From Pirellulales bacterium (GTDB taxonomy: Bacteria > Planctomycetota > Planctomycetia > Pirellulales > PALSA-1355): a stretch of 64,000 bases of DNA. The notes under the pieces are model-generated. The model did not search any database. It was not told the origin of the DNA and saw only the letters and a program-made list of their open reading frames with translations. Positions 39,269-48,625 of the stretch are shown piece by piece (position 1 is the stretch's first letter; the number at the start of each line of letters is the position of its first letter). Location of the stretch: assembly GCA_963733035.1 (NCBI GenBank), contig CAVTBU010000005.1, forward strand, positions 2,688,001 to 2,752,000, read 5' to 3'. The position numbers were made by a program, and so were the translations under genes.

Positions 39269-41011
39269 ATGGCAACCTCCTCCCCCACCACACCGCGTGC
39301 TAGCATCCCTGGCGCGCCGTCGTCGCCAAGCTACTTTTCGCGTGGCATGCGCGAGACGATTGAATCGGTCGCCATCGCACTGGCCCTGGCGTTTCTGTTC
39401 AAAACGTTCGAGGCCGAGGCGTTTGTCATTCCCACCGGTTCGATGGCCCCCACGCTGATGGGCCGCCACAAGGACGTCGAATGTCCCCAGTGCGGCTACC
39501 ATTACACGGCCAGCGGGAGCGACGAAGCCGATCGCTACGGCAATGAGCTCAACGACCCCGGCAAGCGAGTCGTGAACTGCACGTGCCCGATTTGCCGCTT
39601 CACAATGTCGATCGAGCCGACCGATCCGGACGCCGAAGGGGCAAACCCCAATCCCAGTTACAGCGGCGACCGAATCTGGGTTAGCAAAGTGGCCTATCAC
39701 TTCACCGATCCGCGTCGCTTTGACGTACTAGTATTTCGCTATCCCGAGGAAGCCGAGACTTACTACATCAAGCGGCTCGTCGGGCTGCCGAATGAAACCG
39801 TAAAGATCTTTCACGGCGACCTGTTCGTTAAAGGAGCCGCGGACGAGCAGTACACAATTGTGCGCAAGCCACCGGAAAAGCTGCTCGCGATGGCCCAGAT
39901 CGTGCACGATAACGACTACGTCAGCCAGGAGTTGATCGAACGCAACTGGCCCACGCGGTGGCAGGAATGGGGTTTCGAGGGTTCCGCGCGCTGGGAAATC
40001 TCCGACGACACGCGCACCTATTCAACCGACGGCAAGCAACCCGGCGATGCCTGGATTCGCTACGAACACACGGTGCCCTCCGAGGACAACTGGTATCGAG
40101 GCGAGTGGCCCCCGAGCTACCAACCTCGACCACAATTGGTCACTGATTTCTATGCGTTCAATACCCGCATCCTGCGAGAAGACCGCGGCCGACAAGCTCC
40201 GCAGACGCTCGGACTGCACTGGGTCGGAGACTTGCTGCTGGATTGCGAGCTCGATGTGAAAGGCAACCAAGGCCTCGTACTGCTCGACGTGGTCAAAGGC
40301 GGCAAGCACTTCGGCTGCCAGATTGACGTCGCCACCGGCAAGGCGACGCTCTCCATCGACGGCATTTCGGACTGGCAACCGGCGGCCGAGACGCCGGTAC
40401 GTGGCCCAGGCACGCATCAGGTTACCTTCGCCAATGCCGATCGCCAGCTCGTCCTGTGGGTCGATGGCACGCCAATTCAGTTCGACCGAGACACGACCTA
40501 CGAAGATCTGGGCAACGACCGGCCGCAGTCGACCGCCGACGACCCTGGCGATTTGGCTCCCTTGGGCATCGGCTCGCGTGGCGTTGCCATGGACGTCCGG
40601 CACCTCCGCGTGCTGCGCGACATTTACTACATCGCCGACCGCTCGATCTATGGTGGTGGACCAATCAGCGACTACCCCGACCGCAGCTTCATCAACGGGC
40701 TGACGCGCCGCCAGCTGGCTGACTTTTTTGCCTCGCCGCAGCGGTGGATCACCGGCAGCGGTCAAAACGTGTTCGACTCCCGCAAAGCAGAAGTCTTTCC
40801 GCTCGGGGCTGATCAGTTTTTTGTGATGGGGGACAATAGCCCGGCCAGTTCCGACGCGCGTTTGTGGAGCGAGCACTTTGTCGATCGCGAGCTATTGGTC
40901 GGCAAGGCACTGCTCATTTATTGGCCGCATCCACTGCGGGTGTTCGTACCAGGAACCGATGTTGGGCTGGGCATCATACCAAACATTCCTGAGATGGGAC
41001 TCATTCGTTAG
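39269..41011 (+). CDS. lepB: Signal peptidase I, paralog 3
   Basis: IPTGSMAPTL, YIKRLVGLP, GDNSPASSDAR; CPQC...CPIC insert. Confidence 0.88.
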   Translation: MATSSPTTPRASIPGAPSSPSYFSRGMRETIESVAIALALAFLFKTFEAEAFVIPTGSMAPTLMGRHKDVECPQCGYHYTASGSDEADRYGNELNDPGKRVVNCTCPICRFTMSIEPTDPDAEGANPNPSYSGDRIWVSKVAYHFTDPRRFDVLVFRYPEEAETYYIKRLVGLPNETVKIFHGDLFVKGAADEQYTIVRKPPEKLLAMAQIVHDNDYVSQELIERNWPTRWQEWGFEGSARWEISDDTRTYSTDGKQPGDAWIRYEHTVPSEDNWYRGEWPPSYQPRPQLVTDFYAFNTRILREDRGRQAPQTLGLHWVGDLLLDCELDVKGNQGLVLLDVVKGGKHFGCQIDVATGKATLSIDGISDWQPAAETPVRGPGTHQVTFANADRQLVLWVDGTPIQFDRDTTYEDLGNDRPQSTADDPGDLAPLGIGSRGVAMDVRHLRVLRDIYYIADRSIYGGGPISDYPDRSFINGLTRRQLADFFASPQRWITGSGQNVFDSRKAEVFPLGADQFFVMGDNSPASSDARLWSEHFVDRELLVGKALLIYWPHPLRVFVPGTDVGLGIIPNIPEMGLIR

Positions 41012-41069
41012 GTCGCCCGGGTTCGTTCGATAGTCGGAATCACAGGGCGAAGGTCAGGAGGACCGAAGC

Positions 41070-41792
41070 ATGGTAGTACTGCAAGCGGCAGGCCTGGTCA
41101 AAACCTATGGCAGGCGGCGCGTCGTCGATGGCGTCAACTTTCAGGTTGAGACCGGCGAGATCGTGGGCCTGCTGGGACCCAATGGCGCCGGTAAGACGAC
41201 CAGCTTTCGCATGACTTGTGGACTCGTCGAGCCCGATTCCGGCCGCGTTACGCTCAACGAGGCCGACGTCACTGCATTGCCCATGTACCTGCGGGCTCAG
41301 CAGGGCATGGGCTACCTGGCGCAAGAGTCGAGCGTATTCCGCAAGCTCACCGTCGAAAACAATCTGCTGGGCGTGATGGAAATGCTCGGCATGGACCGCA
41401 AGGCTCGCAAAAACCGTTGCGCCGAACTGCTCGAACAGTTTGACATCACAAGGCTGAAGAAAAGTCGGGCCGATTCGCTTTCCGGTGGAGAGCGTCGCCG
41501 ACTGGAGATCGCCCGTTGCCTGGTTTCCAACCCCAAGATCATCCTGCTCGATGAGCCCTTCACCGGCATTGATCCGGTGACAATTAACAGCATTCAAAAG
41601 ATCATTCGCGACCTGCGCGACCGAGGCATCTCGATCCTGATCACCGACCACCAGGTCCGTGAAACATTGCAGATCACCGACCGCAGCTACGTGATCCGCG
41701 CCGGCAAGGTGTTATGCCACGGGCATCCCGACGAGGTGTTGCGCAATCCCGAAGCCCGAAAATATTACTTCGGCGAAGGGATGGAGATCTAA
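41070..41792 (+). CDS. lptB: LPS export ABC transporter ATP-binding protein
   Basis: GPNGAGKTT, YLAQESSVFRKLTV, LSGGERRRLEIAR, LLDEPFTGIDP, ITDH. Confidence 0.92.
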   Translation: MVVLQAAGLVKTYGRRRVVDGVNFQVETGEIVGLLGPNGAGKTTSFRMTCGLVEPDSGRVTLNEADVTALPMYLRAQQGMGYLAQESSVFRKLTVENNLLGVMEMLGMDRKARKNRCAELLEQFDITRLKKSRADSLSGGERRRLEIARCLVSNPKIILLDEPFTGIDPVTINSIQKIIRDLRDRGISILITDHQVRETLQITDRSYVIRAGKVLCHGHPDEVLRNPEARKYYFGEGMEI

Positions 41793-41962
41793 TATGCCCC
41801 ACCCGCAGTTCGGCACGCCGCTTGCTTCTCCTTGCAATTCAGTAAGGTAAGCTTGCGTCGCGGGTTACGGCCGCCAATCCGGCTGGCTTCGCGACCAGCC
41901 GGTACGTACAATGGCATCAGATTGGTCGCATTGCGACCCACGACAATTTCAGGTCAACTGTC

Positions 41963-42370
41963 ATGATTGACAACCTCACCACGGACCCCGTCGACCTGTT
42001 TGCAACGGCGATATTCCTGGCGGTTGTCATTCTGGTGCCGTTGGTCGGGTACGTGTTCATGGTGCTCGACTTCCGCGCCTACCTGCGGTCGCTTCAGCGC
42101 GGCTTGATCCTGGCGGCCCAGGCTTTTGGCGGAATGCCCGCCTGGGCGCGCCAGTACACGCCTCGGCCTATCGCAGCGATGGGACTGCGTTTCCCCTGCA
42201 CCGAGGAAGACCTAAAGCGGGCCTATCGTCAACGCGTGAAGCTGCTGCACCCGGATCACGGTGGAGATCAAAAGCGCTTTATGGTGTTGCAGGCGCAATT
42301 CGAAGAGGCGATGTCCATTCTGACCGCGATGAAGTCCGACGCCGGATCCGTGGACCAACACCCGCTTTGA
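41963..42370 (+). CDS. Small membrane-anchored J-domain protein
   Basis: N-terminal TM; LKRAYRQRVKLLHPDHGGD with the HPD motif. Confidence 0.8.
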   Translation: MIDNLTTDPVDLFATAIFLAVVILVPLVGYVFMVLDFRAYLRSLQRGLILAAQAFGGMPAWARQYTPRPIAAMGLRFPCTEEDLKRAYRQRVKLLHPDHGGDQKRFMVLQAQFEEAMSILTAMKSDAGSVDQHPL

Positions 42371-42465
42371 ATCAGTGCGGCGCCACGCCGTGAAGCCACC
42401 GCTACTTGGACAGCACCACTTTGTGCGTGCTTCGATCTTTAGCCGCTCTCGAGCAGCCGCCAGGT

Positions 42466-43272
42466 TCATCGCGCCTCCGGCGCGCTACGGGCCTGCAGCA
42501 GCGCGGCCGCCGAAAGAATCGAAAACACGATCAGCATTTGGCCTGGGCCATAGGTTAGCCACACGGCTTCGGTGCTGTGAGGGAACGAGCCCCGAAACAT
42601 GCCGAATGCCAGGATCAAATCGCTCAACAGGAACAACGCCCCGCCAAGTGCCAGCGGAAACAGCTTCGCTTCCTGGAGCGCCAGCCCCGCGGTGATGCCC
42701 GCCGTGCCGGCCAGCAGCAGCGAATAGGGCAGGGCGGGCCACACCAGCGCCCGTGCCTCGTCGCCCAACATCGCCACATAGTACCAGCCACCCAGTGCCA
42801 CCAATTGCCAGCCCACAATGCCGATCGCCATTGCCATGCGGTTCGTCAGGCCGGTCCGTCGCGCGAGATACACGCAGCCGGCTATGTAGGCGATGTGCCC
42901 CAGACCAAAGGCCGCAATGCCACCCAACACTGGATCAGGCAAGGGAACGAAATTCAGCAGGCGCGCGTTAAAGAAGTCACCAACAGTTCCGAGTGTCATG
43001 CCAATGGCAATGGCGAGTGCAAACTTGCCCACCATGTCGCCGCGCCACAACGTCCAGGCCCACCAGGCCGTGATGACCAACACAACGGACGAACCCATCC
43101 GGGCCGCGGTGGGCCAAGCTCCGCCGTGCCGCTCGAGCAAGTTGCCGGAAATCATCGCGCCGGCCAGCAGCGCCAACCAGACGAGCCACAGGCCGATGAA
43201 GATGGCCTTATCAGACTTGCCCAAGCGCGCTGCTTGAGATGTCTGCAAGTTGCCCGCATCAATGTTGGCCAT
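42466..43272 (-). CDS. YhhN/lysoplasmalogenase family membrane protein
   Basis: GDFF, FGLGHIAY, LFLLSDLILA, WLTYGPGQ. Confidence 0.8.
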   Translation of the reverse strand: MANIDAGNLQTSQAARLGKSDKAIFIGLWLVWLALLAGAMISGNLLERHGGAWPTAARMGSSVVLVITAWWAWTLWRGDMVGKFALAIAIGMTLGTVGDFFNARLLNFVPLPDPVLGGIAAFGLGHIAYIAGCVYLARRTGLTNRMAMAIGIVGWQLVALGGWYYVAMLGDEARALVWPALPYSLLLAGTAGITAGLALQEAKLFPLALGGALFLLSDLILAFGMFRGSFPHSTEAVWLTYGPGQMLIVFSILSAAALLQARSAPEAR

Positions 43273-43274
43273 TT

Positions 43275-44078
43275 TCAGTTTCCGCCTGTTTTGGATGGGC
43301 TTTGCGGCCGATCGCCGGACTTGCCTTGTGAGTCGGTAACCGCCGCTTGTGATGACGCGCCGAGTGGAAAGTATTGCACTTCTTCCGGCGCCGTCAGACC
43401 AAACGATACCACGGCCTGAATTGTCTCTTCCAGGGTCCAGCACAACTCGGTGACCTCTTCCTCGGGCACCATCAGCATGTAGCCGGACGTGGGAATGGGC
43501 GTGGTGGGCACGTACACGCAGAGAATGGTCTTGCCGGTGGCCGTGTCGCGGCAGCTCGAAGTGACGAAAGCGGGCGCGCGCATATTCTGATGCGGAAACG
43601 CCACCAGTACCACGCGTTTGAATTTCGATATCTCGCTCGAGCCGCCCAGCGACTGGAACATCCGGCTCGTGGCGCTGTAAATGGAGGTAATGATGGGCAG
43701 CCGCAATACGACCGTGTCGACGAACAGGGCCAACCGGCTGTGGGCGAAAAAACCAAGGAAATAGAGAAACACGCTGATCGTGACGAGTCCGAGTGCCGGG
43801 GCCACGAAGGTTGTGAACCAGGAAGGCACCGCCACGGCACCACCCTCGGCCAGCCGCACGACCAGCCGCGCCATGGGGGAAATGGCGTATTCGTCGAGCG
43901 TCTGGTAGAGCCAGTAGACGATCCAAAAAGTGACGAAGAATGGCAGCGCCAGCAACAGACCGGCGATGATTCGCCCCCGGATGTTCGCCGTCAAACCATT
44001 TAACCCACGTCGTTTCGGCGATGGCGACACGGAGATCAACTCCTGCGAGTGTTGTCGGCGTTTCTTTTTGCGTCCCAT
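43275..44078 (-). CDS. DUF502 (COV1-like) membrane protein
   Basis: AGLLLALP, LPIITSIY, VYVPTTPIPTSGY. Confidence 0.85.
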   Translation of the reverse strand: MGRKKKRRQHSQELISVSPSPKRRGLNGLTANIRGRIIAGLLLALPFFVTFWIVYWLYQTLDEYAISPMARLVVRLAEGGAVAVPSWFTTFVAPALGLVTISVFLYFLGFFAHSRLALFVDTVVLRLPIITSIYSATSRMFQSLGGSSEISKFKRVVLVAFPHQNMRAPAFVTSSCRDTATGKTILCVYVPTTPIPTSGYMLMVPEEEVTELCWTLEETIQAVVSFGLTAPEEVQYFPLGASSQAAVTDSQGKSGDRPQSPSKTGGN

Positions 44079-44246
44079 TCCGAGTTCCAGCGTCGGCGCG
44101 AAGTCCAAACGAACCCATGTCGCACAAGGATGCCACGCGCTCCGCCGCACACTCCGGCACCAAAAGAACGTCCATTGTGGTGCGTACGAGCGGCTTCGTA
44201 AAGTTCCAGCCGTCGGGTGGCGCCCAGTTATTGGCGACGCTGAAAA

Positions 44247-46070
44247 CTATTCGGACGCTACCAGCTCTCGATAGTTCAGCCGTGGGCGATATTTGCGCAC
44301 CAGGCAGGCTTGCCAGGCCAGCATTTCGGCAGGAGCGGTTTCGGTGACATAGGTGCGCAGCGCCAACGGACGCGGCAGATCACTCCAGGCACAGTGCCGA
44401 TCGCCGGCGAACTGCCGCTGCAGGTGACTGCGGAGGTTGAGTGTTTCGCCCGCGTACAGCCGCCGTGACTTGCCCGCGGTGAGGAGATACACGCCCGGAG
44501 CGGCCGGCACGTCTGCCGGGTCGAACTTGTCAACGGACATTTCGCGACCGAGACGCGCCGGGGGCACCAAGACGGCCCCGCGGCTGCGGGCGAGCTTCGC
44601 TTGTTTCCGCAACTTAAGCGCCGCCCAGCGATATTCGAATGGCGTGTGACCAGGCGCGAATTCTGTTGCCAGCCCATCGAACTGGGCAGCCAAGGCCGGA
44701 TCGCACAGAATCTCGTCGAGCGTGTCAGCCAAATCCGCGTCGAGCATCTTTTCCAGCGCGATCTCGCTGGCAAATAAAAATCCGTCGCACTCTTCCCACG
44801 ACATGCCCGTTCGCTCGCGTGTCGGCAGGTCGGCGAGCCGTCCTTGCTTTCGCAAGCGAAACAACAACGTGTTCCAGGTGCGCGCGTCGCCCACCAAGCC
44901 CAACTGCCGACAACGTTCGACGAATTGCCCGCCGAGCTCCGGGTCGGCCACCAGCCGGTCTGCCGAAAAGCCGTCGTGAGTCTCGCGAAAAGCGTCCAAA
45001 ATTCCGTGCAGCGTTATTTCAAGCTGCGCTGTTTCGTGCCGAGGCCCACCGCCTGACAAGCCGCGCGCGGGGTTTTTGTTCTGAGGCGCACGCCGAGGTC
45101 GTCCTTCACCTAGCCGGCGGCCGTCTCTTGTTTTTGGTGCCGAGACCAGCGGCTCGGCCGAACCTACCAGCGGATCGCCAAGCCGCGTGTTTTCCAACCG
45201 CGCCAGCCCATGCGTTACATAATCGCTCGACAGCTCATAGGCCAAATGCCGGCGTCCAAGTTTCTTGGCCACCACGGCCGTGGTGGCACTGCCCGAGAAT
45301 GGGTCGAGCACTAACTCCCCCTCCTCCGAACAGACCCGAATGATTCGGGCGAGCAACTGTTCGGGCATCTGACAACCGTGAAATCCGGCCCGCTCCTTGA
45401 ACGTGCCGGCCACGCGCGGAAAGTACCAGGTGTCTTCACTTGCCTGAAAGCAACCACCCAGGTCCTGTGGGCGCAGCGTCCAGGTTTGGTCGTTGTCGCG
45501 CGGTGGCGGCAGTTCGTCCGCCGACCACGTTTCCTCGCTATCGAGCCGACCAACGAACTCCGCGGGCCGAATGATCCAGGTGTCGTCGGGCAGCCGGCCG
45601 GTGGAATTCGCCCGCTTATCGCCATAGACGAGTTGCCGAGCCGAAGGAATACGATTCTCGGGGGACTCGGCGCGAAACGTGAATTGTTCCGGGTCTTTGA
45701 CAAAGTGAAACAAATGGGCGTGCGAACGGGTGAATTTGCGCGAGCAATTGACACCGAACGTGTAATACCAGATCACCCAACTGCGACAGTGAAACCCGAC
45801 CTTCTGGCTCTCCAACTTGAGCTCGGCAGCGTACTCATCGCCAATTGCCAGCCAGAAGGCACCGCTGTCTTTGAGCGCCCTGTGCACTGCCGCGATCCAA
45901 TCGTGGGACCACGACAGATACTTCTCGCCCTCGAGTCGATCGTCGTAAACGTCGTACTCGTAGCCGATATTAAACGGCGGATCGGCGAAGACGAGATCGA
46001 CGCTGCCGGGCACCAGAGCGTTCAACCCCGCGATGCAATCACCGTGGACGATCGTATTCTCGGGCTGCAC
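44247..46070 (-). CDS. N6/N4 DNA methyltransferase (beta class) with C-terminal helical and GIY-YIG-like domains
   Basis: DPPF precedes VLDPFSGSATT (beta order); C-terminal PAAPGVYLL...LYAGETLNLRSHL. Start uncertain (46070-46091). Confidence 0.85.
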   Translation of the reverse strand: MQPENTIVHGDCIAGLNALVPGSVDLVFADPPFNIGYEYDVYDDRLEGEKYLSWSHDWIAAVHRALKDSGAFWLAIGDEYAAELKLESQKVGFHCRSWVIWYYTFGVNCSRKFTRSHAHLFHFVKDPEQFTFRAESPENRIPSARQLVYGDKRANSTGRLPDDTWIIRPAEFVGRLDSEETWSADELPPPRDNDQTWTLRPQDLGGCFQASEDTWYFPRVAGTFKERAGFHGCQMPEQLLARIIRVCSEEGELVLDPFSGSATTAVVAKKLGRRHLAYELSSDYVTHGLARLENTRLGDPLVGSAEPLVSAPKTRDGRRLGEGRPRRAPQNKNPARGLSGGGPRHETAQLEITLHGILDAFRETHDGFSADRLVADPELGGQFVERCRQLGLVGDARTWNTLLFRLRKQGRLADLPTRERTGMSWEECDGFLFASEIALEKMLDADLADTLDEILCDPALAAQFDGLATEFAPGHTPFEYRWAALKLRKQAKLARSRGAVLVPPARLGREMSVDKFDPADVPAAPGVYLLTAGKSRRLYAGETLNLRSHLQRQFAGDRHCAWSDLPRPLALRTYVTETAPAEMLAWQACLVRKYRPRLNYRELVASE

Positions 46071-46142
46071 TTTGCGAACTTGCTGCGACACGAGGCAGAA
46101 CTCCGTTTCTGAGGGGCGACGGCAACGATCCACGATGTAATC

Positions 46143-46170
46143 ATCATACCGAGCCGCGTGCGTGGCGCAA
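46143..46170 (-). promoter_or_regulatory. Candidate promoter of the methyltransferase
   Basis: Minus strand TTGCGC-N16-TATGAT. Confidence 0.4.
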
Positions 46171-46280
46171 ATCACCCAGTGCTCGACCGGGAAGTACGGC
46201 AACGGAGAGGCCAATGCTAGAAGATTGAAAAGGGGAACCAAGGGACGAGGGGGAGAATCCAACCGCTGGGCAGGCGCGCG

Positions 46281-46308
46281 AAGAAATGCGCGCAGAATGA
46301 CGCGCATT
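46281..46308 (-). terminator. Hairpin, possible terminator downstream of the ncRNA candidate
   Basis: Minus strand AATGCGCGT-CATTCT-GCGCGCATT then TCTT. Confidence 0.4.
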
Positions 46309-46333
46309 GGCAGATTGACCAACAAAAAGTTTG

Positions 46334-46428
46334 GTGCGGCTGCTCTTTGGACGAGCCGGGATTGTTCTTTAAGGTTGGTTAGACAGTTGATCACTCCTCG
46401 ACCATCGGCCAAAGAGCAGCTGGTGCAC
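46334..46428 (-). ncRNA. Candidate ~95-nt hairpin ncRNA of unknown family
   Basis: 12-bp perfect stem GCTGCTCTTTGG/CCAAAGAGCAGC, GTGC/GCAC terminal pairing, further inner stem and 21-nt A/C-rich loop. TATCAT -10 at 46434-39; T-tract just downstream. Confidence 0.5.
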
Positions 46429-46867
46429 GCGGGATGATACCCGTCACTCGTCTGAGGCGTTAGGTGCCCGGCATTTCCAATCCATCCCTCACTGGGCCGG
46501 GTGGTTTCTCAGACACGGGCGGACAAGCCTGGCACAACGACTCCCACATGCCGCCGACTTTCGGCGAGCGCGATCGGAGCGGCGTGAATCAACGAGACAA
46601 AAACACTGCGGCTGGCGCCCGCCGCAGGGCATTTGTCCCAAGCACGGGGCCAAGACGTCCCCGCCTCAACGAAACGCTACGCTTCGCGTGACCACGCCTG
46701 GCCACCAGACTAAAACGCATTGTGCGGGAAGTGGTGGCCCGATTTCAAGAAGAAGTTCTTTGAGCGGCAGTGGCTGAGCCCATGAGGCTCGCTGCAACCC
46801 GGCAAACCGCGGCGGCAGAGGCGCGTGACCGACGCTTGGCCCGACACCGGCATCTGCGGTCGGGAAT

Positions 46868-47352
46868 ATGCTGCTTTTTGCCGGCCAGGACGTGGACGTC
46901 GACACCGGGCTGCAATACTCCCGCGCCAGGTCGTATAGTTCAAGTACGGGCGGATTTTTTTCACGCGATCCGATTGGATTTGGTGGCGGGGACGCCAATC
47001 TATATCGGTATGTATTCGGCGGGCCGACCAACCACACTGATCTGACCGGACTCGAACAGTGGGCGGCGCAGCAAGCTCTGAGCAAAGTGTTTGAATGGTC
47101 CCGCGGCAGGACGCTTTATCAAGAAGCTTCCCCAGTAGCGAACGTCCTCGGTGATGAGAGACCGCAGATTGTTGTTGGCACTCCCAAATAGAGGTCAAAG
47201 GGTTAAAGAATTCCATCGGTGCATTTGACGAGGCTAAAGATAAGTGGGGGGCGACCAGGTGTCTCACCGACGTGTATCGGAAAGTTCAAAACGCAGATGA
47301 CCTCTTGAAACTCACGGGTCCCAGGTACAGAGCGCTTCGGAGAGCTTTTTGA
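46868..47352 (+). pseudogene. Orphan, degenerate Rhs core fragment plus C-terminal tip
   Basis: FAGQDVDVDTGLQYSRAR...RDPIGFGGGDANLYRYV...NHTDLTGL is an Rhs-associated core motif. The tip stops at 47191, with a possible continuation in another frame to ~47352. Confidence 0.7.
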
Positions 47353-47393
47353 CAAAATACCAAAACAATAGAGGCCAAATTAGGAGAAACACC

Positions 47394-48258
47394 ATGTGGA
47401 TTTTGAATACATACGGGCGATGGTCGTATCTTGTGGTGTGTGCGACGCTGTTTTCGCCGGCGACGTGCGTTGGACAGGGCAATAACAATCATAGAACAGC
47501 GCACCTAATGAGCCTGGTGTCTGCCAACGCCAAGCAGGTGACACTTGACGTCAGCGGCACATCGTTTCGCCTTGTCAGAATTCCACCCGGCGAATTTGAC
47601 TTAGGAGCGGGGGCCGCAGATGCGATGGCCCAGCCAGCGGAGCAACCTGTTCGGCACATTCAGATCACCAAGCCGTTCTATATTGGCTCAACAGAAGTGT
47701 CGCAGAGTCAGTACCACGCAGTTATGGGCGATCACCGCAACAATTTTAGCGGCGATAACTTACCAGTCGAGGATTTGACGTACGTGCAAGCGCGTCAATT
47801 CTGTGAAAGCGCTAACGCGACGATCGGGCGTCACGGTAACGCTGCCGACGGAGGCCCAATGGGAATATGCTTGTCGAGCGGGAACGAACACCCGCTTCTA
47901 TTCTGGTGACGATGTATGTAGTCTGGACGCAGTAGCGTGGTTTAGTGGCAACTCAAGCGATAAGACGCACCGATGCGGCTTAAAGGCCCCAAATCGTTGG
48001 GGACTCTATGACATGCTAGGTAACGTGTGGGAGCCTTGCTTAGACGAATTGCCACCGTATAAGTTGGTCGATCAGAAGGATCCGGTGGGAGAGATTCAGC
48101 CCGCGTGGGGTATAATGCGCGGTGGAAGTTGGCTATTTGATCCAGCTGATTGTCGTGCCGCCACTAGGATTGCCACTCATGAATACTTCGGTGGGATGGG
48201 CGTCAGAATAGTGATAAACCCCGAAGACAACCGGGCCACACGCGACAAGCGGCCCTGA
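47394..48258 (+). CDS. Formylglycine-generating enzyme (SUMF1/FGE-sulfatase) domain protein with signal peptide; 1-nt frameshift near 47808
   Basis: IPPGEFDLG, FYIGSTEVSQSQY, LPTEAQWEYACRAG, NRWGLYDMLGNVWE, RGGSW; TAGGAGA RBS. Confidence 0.85.
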
Positions 48259-48370
48259 TGAGGAGGTTTCCCGGCGAGCTGATTGTCCGCCTCATGATAT
48301 ACGGTTGGGTATGCTGCAGCTGCGAGATGAGTCCTGCCGTGACGCCTATAGGTCGGTTCTGCCGACAGGC

Positions 48371-48625
48371 GTCGCTTTGCCGGCCGAACATCGCCGCCGG
48401 CTGCGCACGAGCAATCCGCTGGAGCGCCTCAACGAAGAAATCAAACGCCGCACCCGCGTCGCCACGTTGTTCCCCAACGAGGCCTCGCTCCTGCGGCTCG
48501 TCACCGCCATCCTCCAAGAAACCAGCGAAGACTGGGAAACCGGAAAAATCTACCTCAACCTGGAAACCAACTAGCCCACCCCAAACAAGCTCCCGAAGCT
48601 TTTACAGAAAAACGGTTGCTCAATC
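48371..48625 (+). mobile_element. IS256-family remnant: transposase C-terminus and right terminal repeat
   Basis: RLRTSNPLERLNEEIKRRTRV..FPNEASLLRLV (stop at 48574); terminal TTTTACAGAAAAACGGTTGCTCAATC resembles IS256-type ends. Confidence 0.8.

Noticed and set aside
46334..46428. Hairpin as SRP (4.5S) RNA, tRNA or retron msr-msd
   Set aside because: No GNRA-capped helix 8 with CAGG/AGCAG loops, no cloverleaf or TTCGA arm, and no adjacent reverse transcriptase.
46600..46760. Hairpin CTGCGGC...GCCGCAG and short fragment RLATRLKRIVREVVARFQEEVL* as an attC site or intron end
   Set aside because: No RYYYAAC/GTTRRRY core sites or group II intron domain V recognised; too little evidence to call.
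47394..48258. FGE-domain gene as a diversity-generating retroelement target
   Set aside because: No reverse transcriptase in the window, and I saw no second copy (template repeat) of the C-terminal region. A remote DGR cannot be excluded.
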